Position numbers and translations under genes: made by a program. DNA of 64,000 nt, taken from the NCBI GenBank assembly GCA_028280845.1, contig JANQKZ010000006.1:135512-199511 (forward strand), read 5' to 3'. The notes under the pieces are model-generated. The model did no database searches. It was not told where the DNA came from and saw nothing but the letters and a program-made list of their open reading frames with translations. The DNA comes from Opitutales bacterium (lineage in GTDB: Bacteria; Verrucomicrobiota; Verrucomicrobiia; Opitutales; JABSRG01). Within the stretch, counting starts at the first letter, position 1. Every line of letters begins with the position of its first letter. Positions 1 through 9,701 of the stretch are shown here, in pieces.

Positions 1-1
1 C

Positions 2-112
2 GCGTCAGCCAGGCTTAGTGCTCCGACCTCAGCCAATTTCCAAAACCTGCAAGAGCAGTTGGAAGCTATTGCCGGGGACATCATGGTTTCCGTCAACTTG
101 GTGCGTTCCTGA
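2..112 (+). CDS. Partial CDS, 3' end of an unidentified upstream gene
   Basis: Frame 2 is open from the window edge to TGA at 110-112 (...NLQEQLEAIAGDIMVSVNLVRS*). The 36 aa are too short for any domain call. Confidence 0.3.
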   Translation, partial: ASARLSAPTSANFQNLQEQLEAIAGDIMVSVNLVRS

Positions 113-163
113 AACACTTTATATCATTGCCAAAGCAGATCGCCTGAAGTTGGTTGCCCTGAC

Positions 164-997
164 ATGATGCCCCCTCTCAAACATCTTGCCTTCGTCGTGA
201 ACGAAGGAAAAACCGGTTCTTTGGAGTATGCCGGTCAACTGCGGGACCGCATCGCCAATCATCTCGATTCCTCAAAGATTTTCGAGGGCTCTTCCTTAAA
301 GCCAGAGGACCTCCAGGGTGTGGATGCCTGCTGCGTGATCGGTGGGGATGGAACCATCCTGGGAGTTGTCGAAGAGGCCGTCGCGTTTAATATCCCAGTC
401 ATTGGGATCAACTTCGGGAAATTAGGCTTTCTTACAACCTACACGCAGGAGGAGGCAGACCGTTGTCTCGCCGACCTTATCCAAGGGGACTATATCAACA
501 CCACCCGCTCTCTTCTCGCCGTAAAATCAGCGACGGGAAGTGAATCCATTGCGCTGAATGACGTAGTCGTAAAAGGGGCTCCCAATACCGGGTTGGCCCA
601 CCTCCAGGTCTGGCAAAATTCAAAGCTGGTCAACAATTTCTCCTGCGATGGTCTGGTTTTCACCACCCCCACCGGGTCGACCGCTTATAACCTCGCTGCA
701 GGCGGACCTATCATGCACCCTTCGGCCGAAGCCCTCGCCATGACCCCCATCAGCCCGCACACCTTGAGTAATCGGAGTGTGGTTTTTTCCAGTGAGGTTT
801 CCCTTTCCCTCGACCTTGCCAGTCCAACCCCAGGCCAGGCCGCTCCGCAAATTGCCGTAGACGGCCGTTACCCCTTCCAAGACGAAGGTCCCGCTGGGCT
901 CCCTCTGGAAATCTCCCTTTCGAGCAAGAAATTTACCCTCATCCATCAGGCCAGCTACGAGCACTTCGCCATCGTTCGCAGCAAGCTGAAATGGTAG
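164..997 (+). CDS. nadK: NAD(+) kinase
   Basis: 277-aa ORF with VIGGDGTILG, NDVVV and DGLVFTTPTGSTAYNLAAGGPI motifs typical of the NAD kinase family. Confidence 0.92.
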   Translation: MMPPLKHLAFVVNEGKTGSLEYAGQLRDRIANHLDSSKIFEGSSLKPEDLQGVDACCVIGGDGTILGVVEEAVAFNIPVIGINFGKLGFLTTYTQEEADRCLADLIQGDYINTTRSLLAVKSATGSESIALNDVVVKGAPNTGLAHLQVWQNSKLVNNFSCDGLVFTTPTGSTAYNLAAGGPIMHPSAEALAMTPISPHTLSNRSVVFSSEVSLSLDLASPTPGQAAPQIAVDGRYPFQDEGPAGLPLEISLSSKKFTLIHQASYEHFAIVRSKLKW

Positions 998-1410
998 CCC
1001 GGAGGACGGTAGTCGGAGGTCAGAGGTCCACTACAAGTCTTACTCCCACGCTTTCTTTAGCAGCAGTTTGGTTACCCCCATAAGCGCAAAACTTCTGGCA
1101 ACGTTTGGGAGGAAGAGTGGAGCCAGGGTGCCCCCACTTCGGACGGCAGGTAAGATCCCATGCCATCTCCCGCGGCCTGAGGGGCTGACCACCTCCAGGT
1201 TCGGCTTTACATTGCGAAAGTCATGGTAACCTGGACGCTGCTTACGCCGTAGCAGAAAAGGATAAAGACGACAGGGAAAACAAACCCCCATCCCCCATCC
1301 GAAGGGTCCCCCACTCCAGTCTGAGGCCTACAGCCTCCTCCAATTTGCGACTTGCTGCCCTAGACAGACTTAGAATAGCGTAACCCAATCTTTCTCTACC
1401 TTACCATTCT

Positions 1411-2304
1411 ATGTCAGACGAATATTATATTCGAACGCCAGACGCAGAAGAAGCGCGTGGGCCCTTTACGGTGGATCAACTTCAGTCTCTGGCCGAAGCA
1501 AAAAAAATCGACAGGGAGACCCTTTGCTATAACGAAGAGACAGAACTTTGGACCGAACTTGGGCACTACGAAGGCCTCTCTGACAAAGTCTTTCCGGAAA
1601 AGAAAAAGCTGTCCCTGAAGGTCAAAAACGATTCGCCTGACGATAAGCCCAAGCGCCGTAAGAAAGATGACACCAAACCATTAGGTTCCGGTGATGCGCT
1701 CAGTGAAGAAGAACAGGAAGCTGCAGCCGCCGCCATGGAGGAAACTGAAGAAGAACCGGAAGGCGATGGAGAGGAGGACCTCCCCGAGCATAGTGTTGAG
1801 GAAATGCTTGCTGCCGCCGAAGGCGAAACCGAGGGCACTGAACACTTGAAACGCCGCGAAGAACGTCAGGGAGCCGCCGCGGCCATGAGCTTGCCCGGAC
1901 TGGGGATCATTATGCTGCTCAGTGCGGTTTCCATGATTTTCCCTTACTATCCGGCGATCCAGACCGCACTGGAAGAGGAGGTCTACACCCAACTCCTCAG
2001 CCCCCTCCTGATCTTTGGGGGACTGGATTTGATCGTTGGTATTTTCCTCCTCCTCGGGGTTTCCGAGATTTATCCCATTGTCCGGTTTCGCGTCGCAATC
2101 GGGCTGGGTTTCTGGACCTACGTCTTCTGGGCTGGTGGAGATCCTCAACTGATGTATCTCGCCATCGCCGGACACATCAGTGTTTTCATCTGCACCATGA
2201 CCCTAAATATCTTTTTCATGATGGCAGGCCTGGCTCTCGGCATTCTGACCTTTGGTTCACTGGCCTTTCTCAGCGTCTCCGGCGCCCTCTCCGCCTTTCT
2301 CTAG
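1411..2304 (+). CDS. GYF_2-domain membrane protein (N-terminal GYF-like domain, charged linker, C-terminal TM bundle)
   Basis: N-terminus YYIRTPDAEEARGPFTVDQLQSLAEAKKIDRETLCYNEETELWTELG fits the bacterial GYF_2 pattern. It is followed by a Lys/Glu-rich linker and then about 4-5 hydrophobic helices. Confidence 0.6.
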   Translation: MSDEYYIRTPDAEEARGPFTVDQLQSLAEAKKIDRETLCYNEETELWTELGHYEGLSDKVFPEKKKLSLKVKNDSPDDKPKRRKKDDTKPLGSGDALSEEEQEAAAAAMEETEEEPEGDGEEDLPEHSVEEMLAAAEGETEGTEHLKRREERQGAAAAMSLPGLGIIMLLSAVSMIFPYYPAIQTALEEEVYTQLLSPLLIFGGLDLIVGIFLLLGVSEIYPIVRFRVAIGLGFWTYVFWAGGDPQLMYLAIAGHISVFICTMTLNIFFMMAGLALGILTFGSLAFLSVSGALSAFL

Positions 2305-2341
2305 GCCTGCCCTCGGTTAAGAGGAAGCAGGCCGCCCTCCC

Positions 2342-3841
2342 ATGCTTCAGCGGCTGCAACACCTGCTTTCCCGCATCACCCGGTTTCTTACCTGGGATGT
2401 CTGGCATTTACCCGGAGAATCCCAGAATCAGAGTCCCGGACTCTTCACCTTTATACGGGTAATACTTATCTCCGTGGAGGGAGTCTTACAAAACCGGATT
2501 ACCACCCAGGCTGCCTCGCTGTCTTTTTTCTCACTGATTGGCCTGGGTCCGGTGTTAGCCATCAGTGTCATGATTTCCGGGTTCGTGTTCAAGGATGCCA
2601 ACACAGATGCCATTACTGCCGGAATAGATCGGGCGATCGAGTTTATCGCTCCACCGGCCGCCGAATTCGAGCGCTATGAGCAAAGCCAAAAAGGCCCTCA
2701 AAGTGAATCCACAACCAGAGAGGACGGAGATCTCGGACCAGGCCAAATCACTCGGATCAACCCGAAGGTCGTTGAAGTGATCGAGCGCATCATACAGAGC
2801 TCACAATCTGGTGCTGTAGGTGTAGTCGGAGTCATCGTTCTCCTGATGATCTGTATGCAGTTACTCACCTCGATCGAATCCTCGTTCAACAGTATCTGGG
2901 GTATCCGCCGCGGCCGATCCTTCCAGCACCGGCTTATTCTCTACTGGACCCTGATTACGCTGGGTGCAGCCGTGCTCTTCACCTCAATGACTATCCGGAT
3001 TGCGCCCACGGTGGAGCGTTTCCTCTCGCAGATTCCCTTTCTGGGACAGCTCATCTTTTCATTCGGACTCACCGTAAGCCCCTTGTTTTCATTCTTGCTT
3101 GTCAGCTTTGTCCTCGCCCTGTTCTTCCGCTTTATCCCGAACACAAGGGTAAACTGGGTGCCGGCCCTCACCGGAGGTGTGTTCGTCTCCCTCCTCCTCT
3201 ATCTGAATAACTACCTGTCGTTTCTGTATATTCAACGGGCCATTGTTGGACAGAGCCTCTACGGGTCCATCGGCATCATTCCCATTCTCATGCTGGGCCT
3301 CTTTATCTTTTGGCTCTTCATCCTGCTCGGCGGACAATTGACCTATGCGATCCAGAACGTGAACCAGCTGACTTCCAAAAATGCCTGGGGCAATATCAGT
3401 GCGCACGGACGAGAGGTCGTCAGTCTCGCCGCTTTCCTGGAAATTTCCCGCCGCTTCCACGCCTGCGATGAAGGGCCCACGCCCGATGAACTATCTGCCA
3501 GGTTAAGAACCCCAATACAGATCCTGAACCTCTCCCTGAATCACCTGGAGGAGGGAGGCTGGGTCTCGGCAGTCGAAGTCCGGAGCAAGGACGGACAACA
3601 CAGTCTACGATTCCAACCGGGGAAACCGTTGAGCCATATCCGCTTGAATGAGGTTCGCAGCAGCTTTGCCCGCCAGGGAAATAATACCGGAGCCGACCTC
3701 CTGCTCAGCGAGGACCCAATCTTGAAACGACTTTTTGAGGTCGCCCCCGGTCAGGTGGACTGGGAAAATGAGGATTTTGAAACCCTCTTCGAACGCTTTT
3801 CCCCAGCTGACAGCGCGGAACAAAGCCCTGCAAAGGATTGA
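2342..3841 (+). CDS. YihY/BrkB-family inner-membrane protein with soluble C-terminal extension
   Basis: AASLSFFSLIGLGPVLAISV and multiple following TM helices are typical of the YihY/virulence factor BrkB family. At 499 aa it is longer than usual, with a soluble tail of about 150 aa. Confidence 0.7.
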   Translation: MLQRLQHLLSRITRFLTWDVWHLPGESQNQSPGLFTFIRVILISVEGVLQNRITTQAASLSFFSLIGLGPVLAISVMISGFVFKDANTDAITAGIDRAIEFIAPPAAEFERYEQSQKGPQSESTTREDGDLGPGQITRINPKVVEVIERIIQSSQSGAVGVVGVIVLLMICMQLLTSIESSFNSIWGIRRGRSFQHRLILYWTLITLGAAVLFTSMTIRIAPTVERFLSQIPFLGQLIFSFGLTVSPLFSFLLVSFVLALFFRFIPNTRVNWVPALTGGVFVSLLLYLNNYLSFLYIQRAIVGQSLYGSIGIIPILMLGLFIFWLFILLGGQLTYAIQNVNQLTSKNAWGNISAHGREVVSLAAFLEISRRFHACDEGPTPDELSARLRTPIQILNLSLNHLEEGGWVSAVEVRSKDGQHSLRFQPGKPLSHIRLNEVRSSFARQGNNTGADLLLSEDPILKRLFEVAPGQVDWENEDFETLFERFSPADSAEQSPAKD

Positions 3842-3890
3842 CATAGTCTTGAATTCACGGCAATTAGACCGGTTTTCCCACTAAATTGAA

Positions 3891-5654
3891 ATGATTTCCT
3901 GGATTCAGCAGAGACTGATTAAAAACGGTAAATGGATATTCAGTATCCTCCTCATTATTGTCATTGTTGCCTTTGTATTTGTGATCGGTAACACTCCCGG
4001 CATCCCCGGTGCCGAACGCGGCCTGGCTCGGGTCGATTTCTACGGGGTCAACCTGGCGGATCGCACTGAACTGGAGGCTATGGACCGGGCCACTGCCCTG
4101 GGCATCTTTCTCGATACCGGCAATGGACAGGTTACAGGGGAAATCATTCGACAAGTAGCCCTCTCACGGGCGGCCCTGCTCTACCTGGCCGATGCCTACC
4201 AGATCCCGCCCCCCACGGCAGATTCTATTCGGGAATACTTGTCTACCCGGCCCGTCTTCCTCGATCAGGAAGGTGAGTTTGATCCGGATGCCTACCAGCG
4301 CTTTTTCGACAACATCAAAACCAATCCTATGTATCCCGCCGCGGTCGTCGATCAAATCGTATCCGATCAATACCGCCTGGACCAAGTGTCTCAGTTGATC
4401 CAGGGCCTGGGCTACACAACCGACCATGAACAACTCCTCCAGAGCCAGCGGGAGTTGACCGAGTGGAGCCTGGAGGTGGCTGCCTATCCGGTCGCGCAAT
4501 ACCGCCCCGAGGTCGAGATAAGCGATGAAATCATTCAGGAATACTACGACGTGAATGCCTTTCAGTTCGAGACTCGTCCCCAGCAGGAACTGTCCTGGAT
4601 TTACTGGCCAAGCTCCCTCGCCAATTTCAATATTCCCGAACCTGCCGAAGACGACCTGCTCAACCACTTGGAACGCCACATCAGCCAGTTCATGCTGACG
4701 CCTGAAGAGTCGGCCGGCCGCGAGTCTTTACCCGAACCTGAGGAACTCCTTGAGCTCAAGCGGGATGATATCCTGGCCGATTGGAAAAGCACCATGGCGG
4801 CCGGTTCGACCCGTCAGACTGCGTCGGATTTCGCCTACAAATTGTATGAGGATGGCGTGCCTCAAAACGATCCGTCCTTAGCGCAACGCATTGAAGACGC
4901 CGGCGCATTCTCAGGTTCATTCAATCCCGTTGCTCGCGACACGGTTCCCACAGCCGCCGGCGAAGGGGCTACATGGAATATCCTTCAAGCCTGCCGGAGC
5001 CTGAATAACCAGCAATGGTTCACCGACGCCATCGAATTTCGCGAAGGCTATGCAGTGTTCTACCTGACCGGGGTCATTGCTCCCTATATTCCCGAGCTCC
5101 CTGAAATTCGTGACCAAGTCGAGTCGGCCTACCTCGCGGCGGAAAACCGACGACTCCTCGACGAAGCGGGCCGGGAATCTGCCGCCTACATCCGGGAGCA
5201 ATTGGCCGCGGGTGTCAGCTTCCGCGATGCTGTCAACCACTCTCCCATCTCTCCCACGTTTGACCAGCAGCTATCCAATATCAACACTGCCTTCGATTCC
5301 TTAGCGGGAGATAACTTTAATCAAAACCTCCTGGAGGAAGCCCAAAAGGTTGGTTTCCAGTTTACTGAATATGAAAATTATTCCCCTATATCCACCGAAC
5401 AAGGCCCGCCCATGGTCGTGTTCAATGCGATTCAAAATCTGGGAGTCGGCGATGTCTCAGAAATGACGATGGGGAGCGGGCAATCCTTCTTTGTCCTGGT
5501 CCGCGATAAAGTTGTACCTGAAGTCGATATTGAGAGTGAAACCTACCTGAATACAGCCAACGCCCTAGCCGCTTACTCCCAAACCCTCTTCCTCCGCAAC
5601 ACCACCGCGGAACTGATTCAGAGGGGTGCGCCTGAAGACGAAGTCATCCGCTAA
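3891..5654 (+). CDS. PpiD/SurA-N-like membrane-anchored periplasmic chaperone
   Basis: N-terminus MISWIQQRLIKNGKWIFSILLIIVIVAFVF (signal anchor) and a long soluble periplasmic region resemble PpiD-type chaperones. I could not recognise a clear parvulin PPIase motif. Confidence 0.55.
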   Translation: MISWIQQRLIKNGKWIFSILLIIVIVAFVFVIGNTPGIPGAERGLARVDFYGVNLADRTELEAMDRATALGIFLDTGNGQVTGEIIRQVALSRAALLYLADAYQIPPPTADSIREYLSTRPVFLDQEGEFDPDAYQRFFDNIKTNPMYPAAVVDQIVSDQYRLDQVSQLIQGLGYTTDHEQLLQSQRELTEWSLEVAAYPVAQYRPEVEISDEIIQEYYDVNAFQFETRPQQELSWIYWPSSLANFNIPEPAEDDLLNHLERHISQFMLTPEESAGRESLPEPEELLELKRDDILADWKSTMAAGSTRQTASDFAYKLYEDGVPQNDPSLAQRIEDAGAFSGSFNPVARDTVPTAAGEGATWNILQACRSLNNQQWFTDAIEFREGYAVFYLTGVIAPYIPELPEIRDQVESAYLAAENRRLLDEAGRESAAYIREQLAAGVSFRDAVNHSPISPTFDQQLSNINTAFDSLAGDNFNQNLLEEAQKVGFQFTEYENYSPISTEQGPPMVVFNAIQNLGVGDVSEMTMGSGQSFFVLVRDKVVPEVDIESETYLNTANALAAYSQTLFLRNTTAELIQRGAPEDEVIR

Positions 5655-6604
5655 GAGGCAGACGAAACCTCAAACAGGCTGTCCAACGCCTGGTCGACCT
5701 CGGTCTCGTCCAGGTTGATCGTCCGGTCGACCGGAATTTGCTTCCGTAACCAGGTCCGTTGTTTTTTCACCAGGGCGTAGGTGTTTGCCGTAATCGCTCG
5801 CACCAGGTCTTCCGTATCCATGCTGGCTTCCTCAATATAGGCGATGGTTTCCCGGTAGCCGATCGCTCGGGCAGCACTTGCATTTTCGGCTAATCCTTTG
5901 CCCAACATAGCCCGGACCTCCTCCACCAGGCCACGCCCCACCATCGTTTCGGCCCGTAACCGAATTCGGTCTTTGAGGACCTCCGAATCCCGAGTCAGCA
6001 GGCAAACCCGTTTCTCGAAATCCCCATAGGGAGTGGGTTGGTTCTTAAACGCCTCCTGCAACTCCGGTAAGGGCCGCCCGGACGCGATGCAACGCTCCAG
6101 GGCACGGACCACCCGTCTTGGGTTCTGTGTTTCCAGATCCCCCATCCCGTCGGGATTGAGCGCTTTCACCCGAGCCAATAAAGCAGGCAGACCCTGCTCC
6201 CGGTAGAGGGTGCGGACCGACTGACTGACCCGCTCTGGCACTTCAACCGGGTCGAGCACGGGAGCAAAAAAACTTTTCAGGTAAAATCCACTGCCTCCCG
6301 TCACCAGAAGGGTCTTACCGCGTGACAGAACATCCTTCACCACTTTCTCGCAGTAAGCGACATAGTTCACGATCGTGAATTGCTGATTCGGCTCCACGAG
6401 GTCGATCCCATGATGCGGCACGGCGGCCAACTCCGTTTTCGACGGTTTGGCCGTTCCAATATCGAGCCCCTTGTACACCAGGAGCGAATCGCAAGACAGG
6501 ATTTCTGCCCCATTTTTTTGGGCCAGCGCCCAACGCAGGGAAAGCTCCGTCTTTCCAACAGCAGTGGGCCCCGAAATGAAGTATAGCGAACCACCCATGG
6601 ACAA
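5651..6604 (-). CDS. miaA: tRNA dimethylallyltransferase
   Basis: P-loop GPTAVGKTELSL, then SCDSLLVYKGLDIGTAKP and the overall MiaA layout (317 aa). Confidence 0.92.
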   Translation of the reverse strand: MSMGGSLYFISGPTAVGKTELSLRWALAQKNGAEILSCDSLLVYKGLDIGTAKPSKTELAAVPHHGIDLVEPNQQFTIVNYVAYCEKVVKDVLSRGKTLLVTGGSGFYLKSFFAPVLDPVEVPERVSQSVRTLYREQGLPALLARVKALNPDGMGDLETQNPRRVVRALERCIASGRPLPELQEAFKNQPTPYGDFEKRVCLLTRDSEVLKDRIRLRAETMVGRGLVEEVRAMLGKGLAENASAARAIGYRETIAYIEEASMDTEDLVRAITANTYALVKKQRTWLRKQIPVDRTINLDETEVDQALDSLFEVSSAS

Positions 6605-6678
6605 ATATCTAGAGCTATAGATTTACGGTTGCAAATCCTTTACCGGCTTACCCTATGGTGTATACCTGAATCACGGTC

Positions 6679-7842
6679 ATGGATTCTGATCCCTTGCGAA
6701 TAACGATTGTTACGGAGACTTTCCCCCCCGAAGTGAACGGGGTGGCCATGACCCTGCATCGCCTGGCCACCGGTCTGCAACAGAAAGGCCATGCTGTCAG
6801 CATCGTCCGCCCCAGTCAGAATGGGGCCGCCAAAGACCAAAATGACTTCAAGGTGCTCAAAGTGCCCGGTGCCCCCATCCCGGGATATCCAGGGCTGAAG
6901 TTTGGGCTGCCCTGCGGGGGCAAACTCAAAAAAGTCTGGCGGGAGACTCCTCCGGATATCATCTATGCCGCCACCGAAGGTCCGCTCGGACTCTCCTCCA
7001 TTCGCGCCGCCAAAAAATTAGGGATTCCTGTCACCTCCGGCTTTCACACCAACTTTAACCAATACATGGATCACTACACGTTCCCCGGTATGCGATCCGT
7101 TATGACGACTTGGTTACGGTGGTTTCACAACCAGACCCGGTTTACCTTTACCCCCTCCCCTAAAATGGTTGCGGACTTGGAGGGCATGGGAATCCAGAAC
7201 GTCAAACTCCTGGGTCGTGGGGTAGACACCCGCCTCTTCCACCCGGACAAGGCCAAAGCTGACCTGCGACAAGAATGGAGAATCGCCCCGGAAGGCGCCG
7301 CCAACCTGTTTGTCAGTCGAATCGCCGCCGAAAAGAATCTCCAACTCACCGCGGAAGCTTTCCAATATATAGAAGACAAACTCCCTGGCAGTGCATCCGT
7401 CTGGGTAGGAGATGGACCCGAGCGCAAGCGATTGGAAAAGGCGTACCCAAATTTCAATTTCGCGGGTATGCGTCTCGGAGAAGAACTGGCCCAGTACTTT
7501 GCCTCGGGTGACCTGTTCATTTTCGCCAGCACCACCGAAACGTTCGGAAATGTCGTAACCGAGGCCATGGCGAGTGGTCTCGTTGTGATTGCCTATAATT
7601 ACGCAGCCCCGCAAATGGTCATTGAAGACGGCGTCAACGGCTTCCTCGCTCCCTTCGATAATCGGGACGGGTTTTTCCAAGCCATCGACCGTGCGCTTCA
7701 GGCCAGGGACCGTTGGAACACGATCCGAGAGGCGGCAAGGGTAACCGCTGAATCCCTCACCTGGGAACATATTGTCGATCGCTTTGTGGATACCCTTCGT
7801 GAAGCCAGAGGTGAAACCGAGGGTAACGCTGTCCAGGCGTAG
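6679..7842 (+). CDS. Glycosyltransferase family 4 (GT-B fold)
   Basis: RITIVTETFPPEVNGVAMTL N-terminus and C-terminal ...ETFGNVVTEAMASGLVVIA... (E-x7-E-like region) are typical of GT4/GT1-type enzymes. Confidence 0.85.
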   Translation: MDSDPLRITIVTETFPPEVNGVAMTLHRLATGLQQKGHAVSIVRPSQNGAAKDQNDFKVLKVPGAPIPGYPGLKFGLPCGGKLKKVWRETPPDIIYAATEGPLGLSSIRAAKKLGIPVTSGFHTNFNQYMDHYTFPGMRSVMTTWLRWFHNQTRFTFTPSPKMVADLEGMGIQNVKLLGRGVDTRLFHPDKAKADLRQEWRIAPEGAANLFVSRIAAEKNLQLTAEAFQYIEDKLPGSASVWVGDGPERKRLEKAYPNFNFAGMRLGEELAQYFASGDLFIFASTTETFGNVVTEAMASGLVVIAYNYAAPQMVIEDGVNGFLAPFDNRDGFFQAIDRALQARDRWNTIREAARVTAESLTWEHIVDRFVDTLREARGETEGNAVQA

Positions 7843-7866
7843 AGTACTTGAATCAAATACGCACCG

Positions 7867-9183
7867 GTGAGACCCATTGACGACGAGGACATTCGAGAGG
7901 GCTTGGCAGAATTGAGGATGCTATCCCCGAGTTTGCCAGGACAGTTTTTTTCGAAACAACCCTACGAACCCCCCTGGGATCAACGATCCTTCCTCGTTCC
8001 TCTCGCCAGATTCCGCAAGGCTCTCAACATTCAAAGCCTGGAACGGGAAGCCCTTTTAAAGGATATCCGGTTCCTCCACCGTCTCCTAGCCCAATGCTAC
8101 CCGGGTTATGAACTCGGGTTGTCGGCAGGGATGAACTGGGATGGTTCCTTCGAAAACTGGAGGGATCAGGTGAGTCGAGGACCTGCTTCCATCCCTTTGA
8201 ACCTGGGATTTAAGGGATTCCAGGATATCCTGAAGCGTTGGCCTGATGTCCACACCGGCCCCCTGACGGACCAGCTTCTATCTTCCCTTAAAGCTGTGAC
8301 CCGGCTCGAACAACCCCTGGACGGACCCCACCGGGTCGCCCCCTTGTTTGACCCAAGGGAAGCTCACTTACAGCAGACCCCTTTTTATGTAGAATCCGGG
8401 GTAGCGGATCGCTTATCTTCCCCATCGGATTCGACCACTCTACCCACCTACCAGGAGCTAGGCGGCTCGTTACTCTATCTTGGTTTTCCCCGCTTTGAAC
8501 GGAACTCCCCCGCATGGTTAACCGCAAACTTATCGAAAGGCTTGGGACTCCCGAGGATCAAAGGATTAATCTTGGACTTCAGGGGAAACCTGGGCGGTGA
8601 TCTAATATTGGCTCTCAATTCCCTGAAACCCCTTTTTCCCGGATTAAATCTGTGGACAGCCTTTCGGGGACTCATCGAGATTTCCGATGCGGAGCCCTGC
8701 CATATTTCCCTCCGTCTGGGTCAGACCCTCAGCCAGGTGGCCAAGCTATCGCCTCCCTATCCCTTGGACCTTCGCGGTGGATTTGAAAACCAGGTCCTTC
8801 GCTGGAAGCAGCCCCACGTGAAACCCACCCGTCCCAGCACTTCTCAAGCCCATGTGGACGGAGCAGAGTTTCCAATTCTCGTTCTGGCCGATGGAGCAAC
8901 ATCGAGCGATGCGGAACTGTTGGTCTACGGATTCCAAAAAGTCCTCGGCGCGGTGGTGGCGGGTGAAGTCACGGCCGGGGCTATTCGGTTGATTCAGCCC
9001 GGAGCCCTCGTGTTACCCCATACCGGGGTATTGTTCCGCTTAGCCACCGCTGTGTCATACTCCATCCCCTGCTGGGGAACTGGTGTGGGCACTGGGATCG
9101 TTCCGGACATCCTGGCGCCGGAGCTAAAGACACCACAACAAGTCGAGCATCTATTCCGGCTTGCCACCGGAGACAATCCCTAG
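7867..9183 (+). CDS. S41-family (tail-specific / C-terminal processing) peptidase-like protein
   Basis: GLILDFRGNLGGD and ILVLADGATSSDAELLV match the S41 core motifs (xDLRxNxGG; Ser-containing segment). GTG start at 7867; the alternative ATG at 7918 is in frame. Confidence 0.6.
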   Translation: MRPIDDEDIREGLAELRMLSPSLPGQFFSKQPYEPPWDQRSFLVPLARFRKALNIQSLEREALLKDIRFLHRLLAQCYPGYELGLSAGMNWDGSFENWRDQVSRGPASIPLNLGFKGFQDILKRWPDVHTGPLTDQLLSSLKAVTRLEQPLDGPHRVAPLFDPREAHLQQTPFYVESGVADRLSSPSDSTTLPTYQELGGSLLYLGFPRFERNSPAWLTANLSKGLGLPRIKGLILDFRGNLGGDLILALNSLKPLFPGLNLWTAFRGLIEISDAEPCHISLRLGQTLSQVAKLSPPYPLDLRGGFENQVLRWKQPHVKPTRPSTSQAHVDGAEFPILVLADGATSSDAELLVYGFQKVLGAVVAGEVTAGAIRLIQPGALVLPHTGVLFRLATAVSYSIPCWGTGVGTGIVPDILAPELKTPQQVEHLFRLATGDNP

Positions 9184-9194
9184 AGAAAGAGTCT

Positions 9195-9701
9195 ATGCTT
9201 TCTGTTGCAGTCTGCGGTTTGCTCGGCCTTTGGTTCATGGTTTCCTGTTTAAAGCAAACCGCGCTTCCATGGGCATCTCCCCGTTTTCATACATTCAATG
9301 TGTTCGGCTTGTTGCCCAACTGGTCTCTCTTTTCGTCCAATTTTGCCGCTTATAACTACGAGCTCTGTGTACGGTATATTTCAACGGATGGACAATCCGG
9401 CAATTGGATCCCCCTCCCCTCGGGTAGCTCCCGTATTCAAGTTCCGCCGATCTGGAACCCCGAGAGAAGAATAGGAAAAGCCTATTTGGATCTCGCCCTC
9501 AAATTAATTCAACTACGATTACTGAAGAGGGATCACATCCAGTCCAGCCTCCCCTACCTCATCTGCCTGAACATGGCCTCGGCAGCCCCTTCCCCCGCAA
9601 ATGGAAAATCGCTTGAGTTTGGTTTCTTTTTACAGGAAGGCCATAACCGGGGCACCCGGAAGTTGTTCTTTTTATCATCCCGTCACCCGGTGAACCCATG
9701 A
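9195..9701 (+). CDS. Hypothetical protein, possible SdpA-family partner of the downstream HTTM-like protein
   Basis: 168 aa with an N-terminal hydrophobic segment and an LPNWSLFSS...YEL stretch reminiscent of the W-x-F-F/S motif of SdpA-family proteins. The stop overlaps the next start (ATGA). Homology is asserted from memory only. Confidence 0.3.
   Translation: MLSVAVCGLLGLWFMVSCLKQTALPWASPRFHTFNVFGLLPNWSLFSSNFAAYNYELCVRYISTDGQSGNWIPLPSGSSRIQVPPIWNPERRIGKAYLDLALKLIQLRLLKRDHIQSSLPYLICLNMASAAPSPANGKSLEFGFFLQEGHNRGTRKLFFLSSRHPVNP

Noticed and set aside
1040-1291. 83-aa minus-strand ORF, and RNase P RNA / tmRNA candidates, in the nadK-GYF intergenic region
   Set aside because: The ORF has no start context or homology. 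The RNA resemblances lack the invariant RNase P CR-I/CR-V sequences and any tRNA-like 3' end with a tag reading frame. The region is kept only as a low-interest unexplained item.
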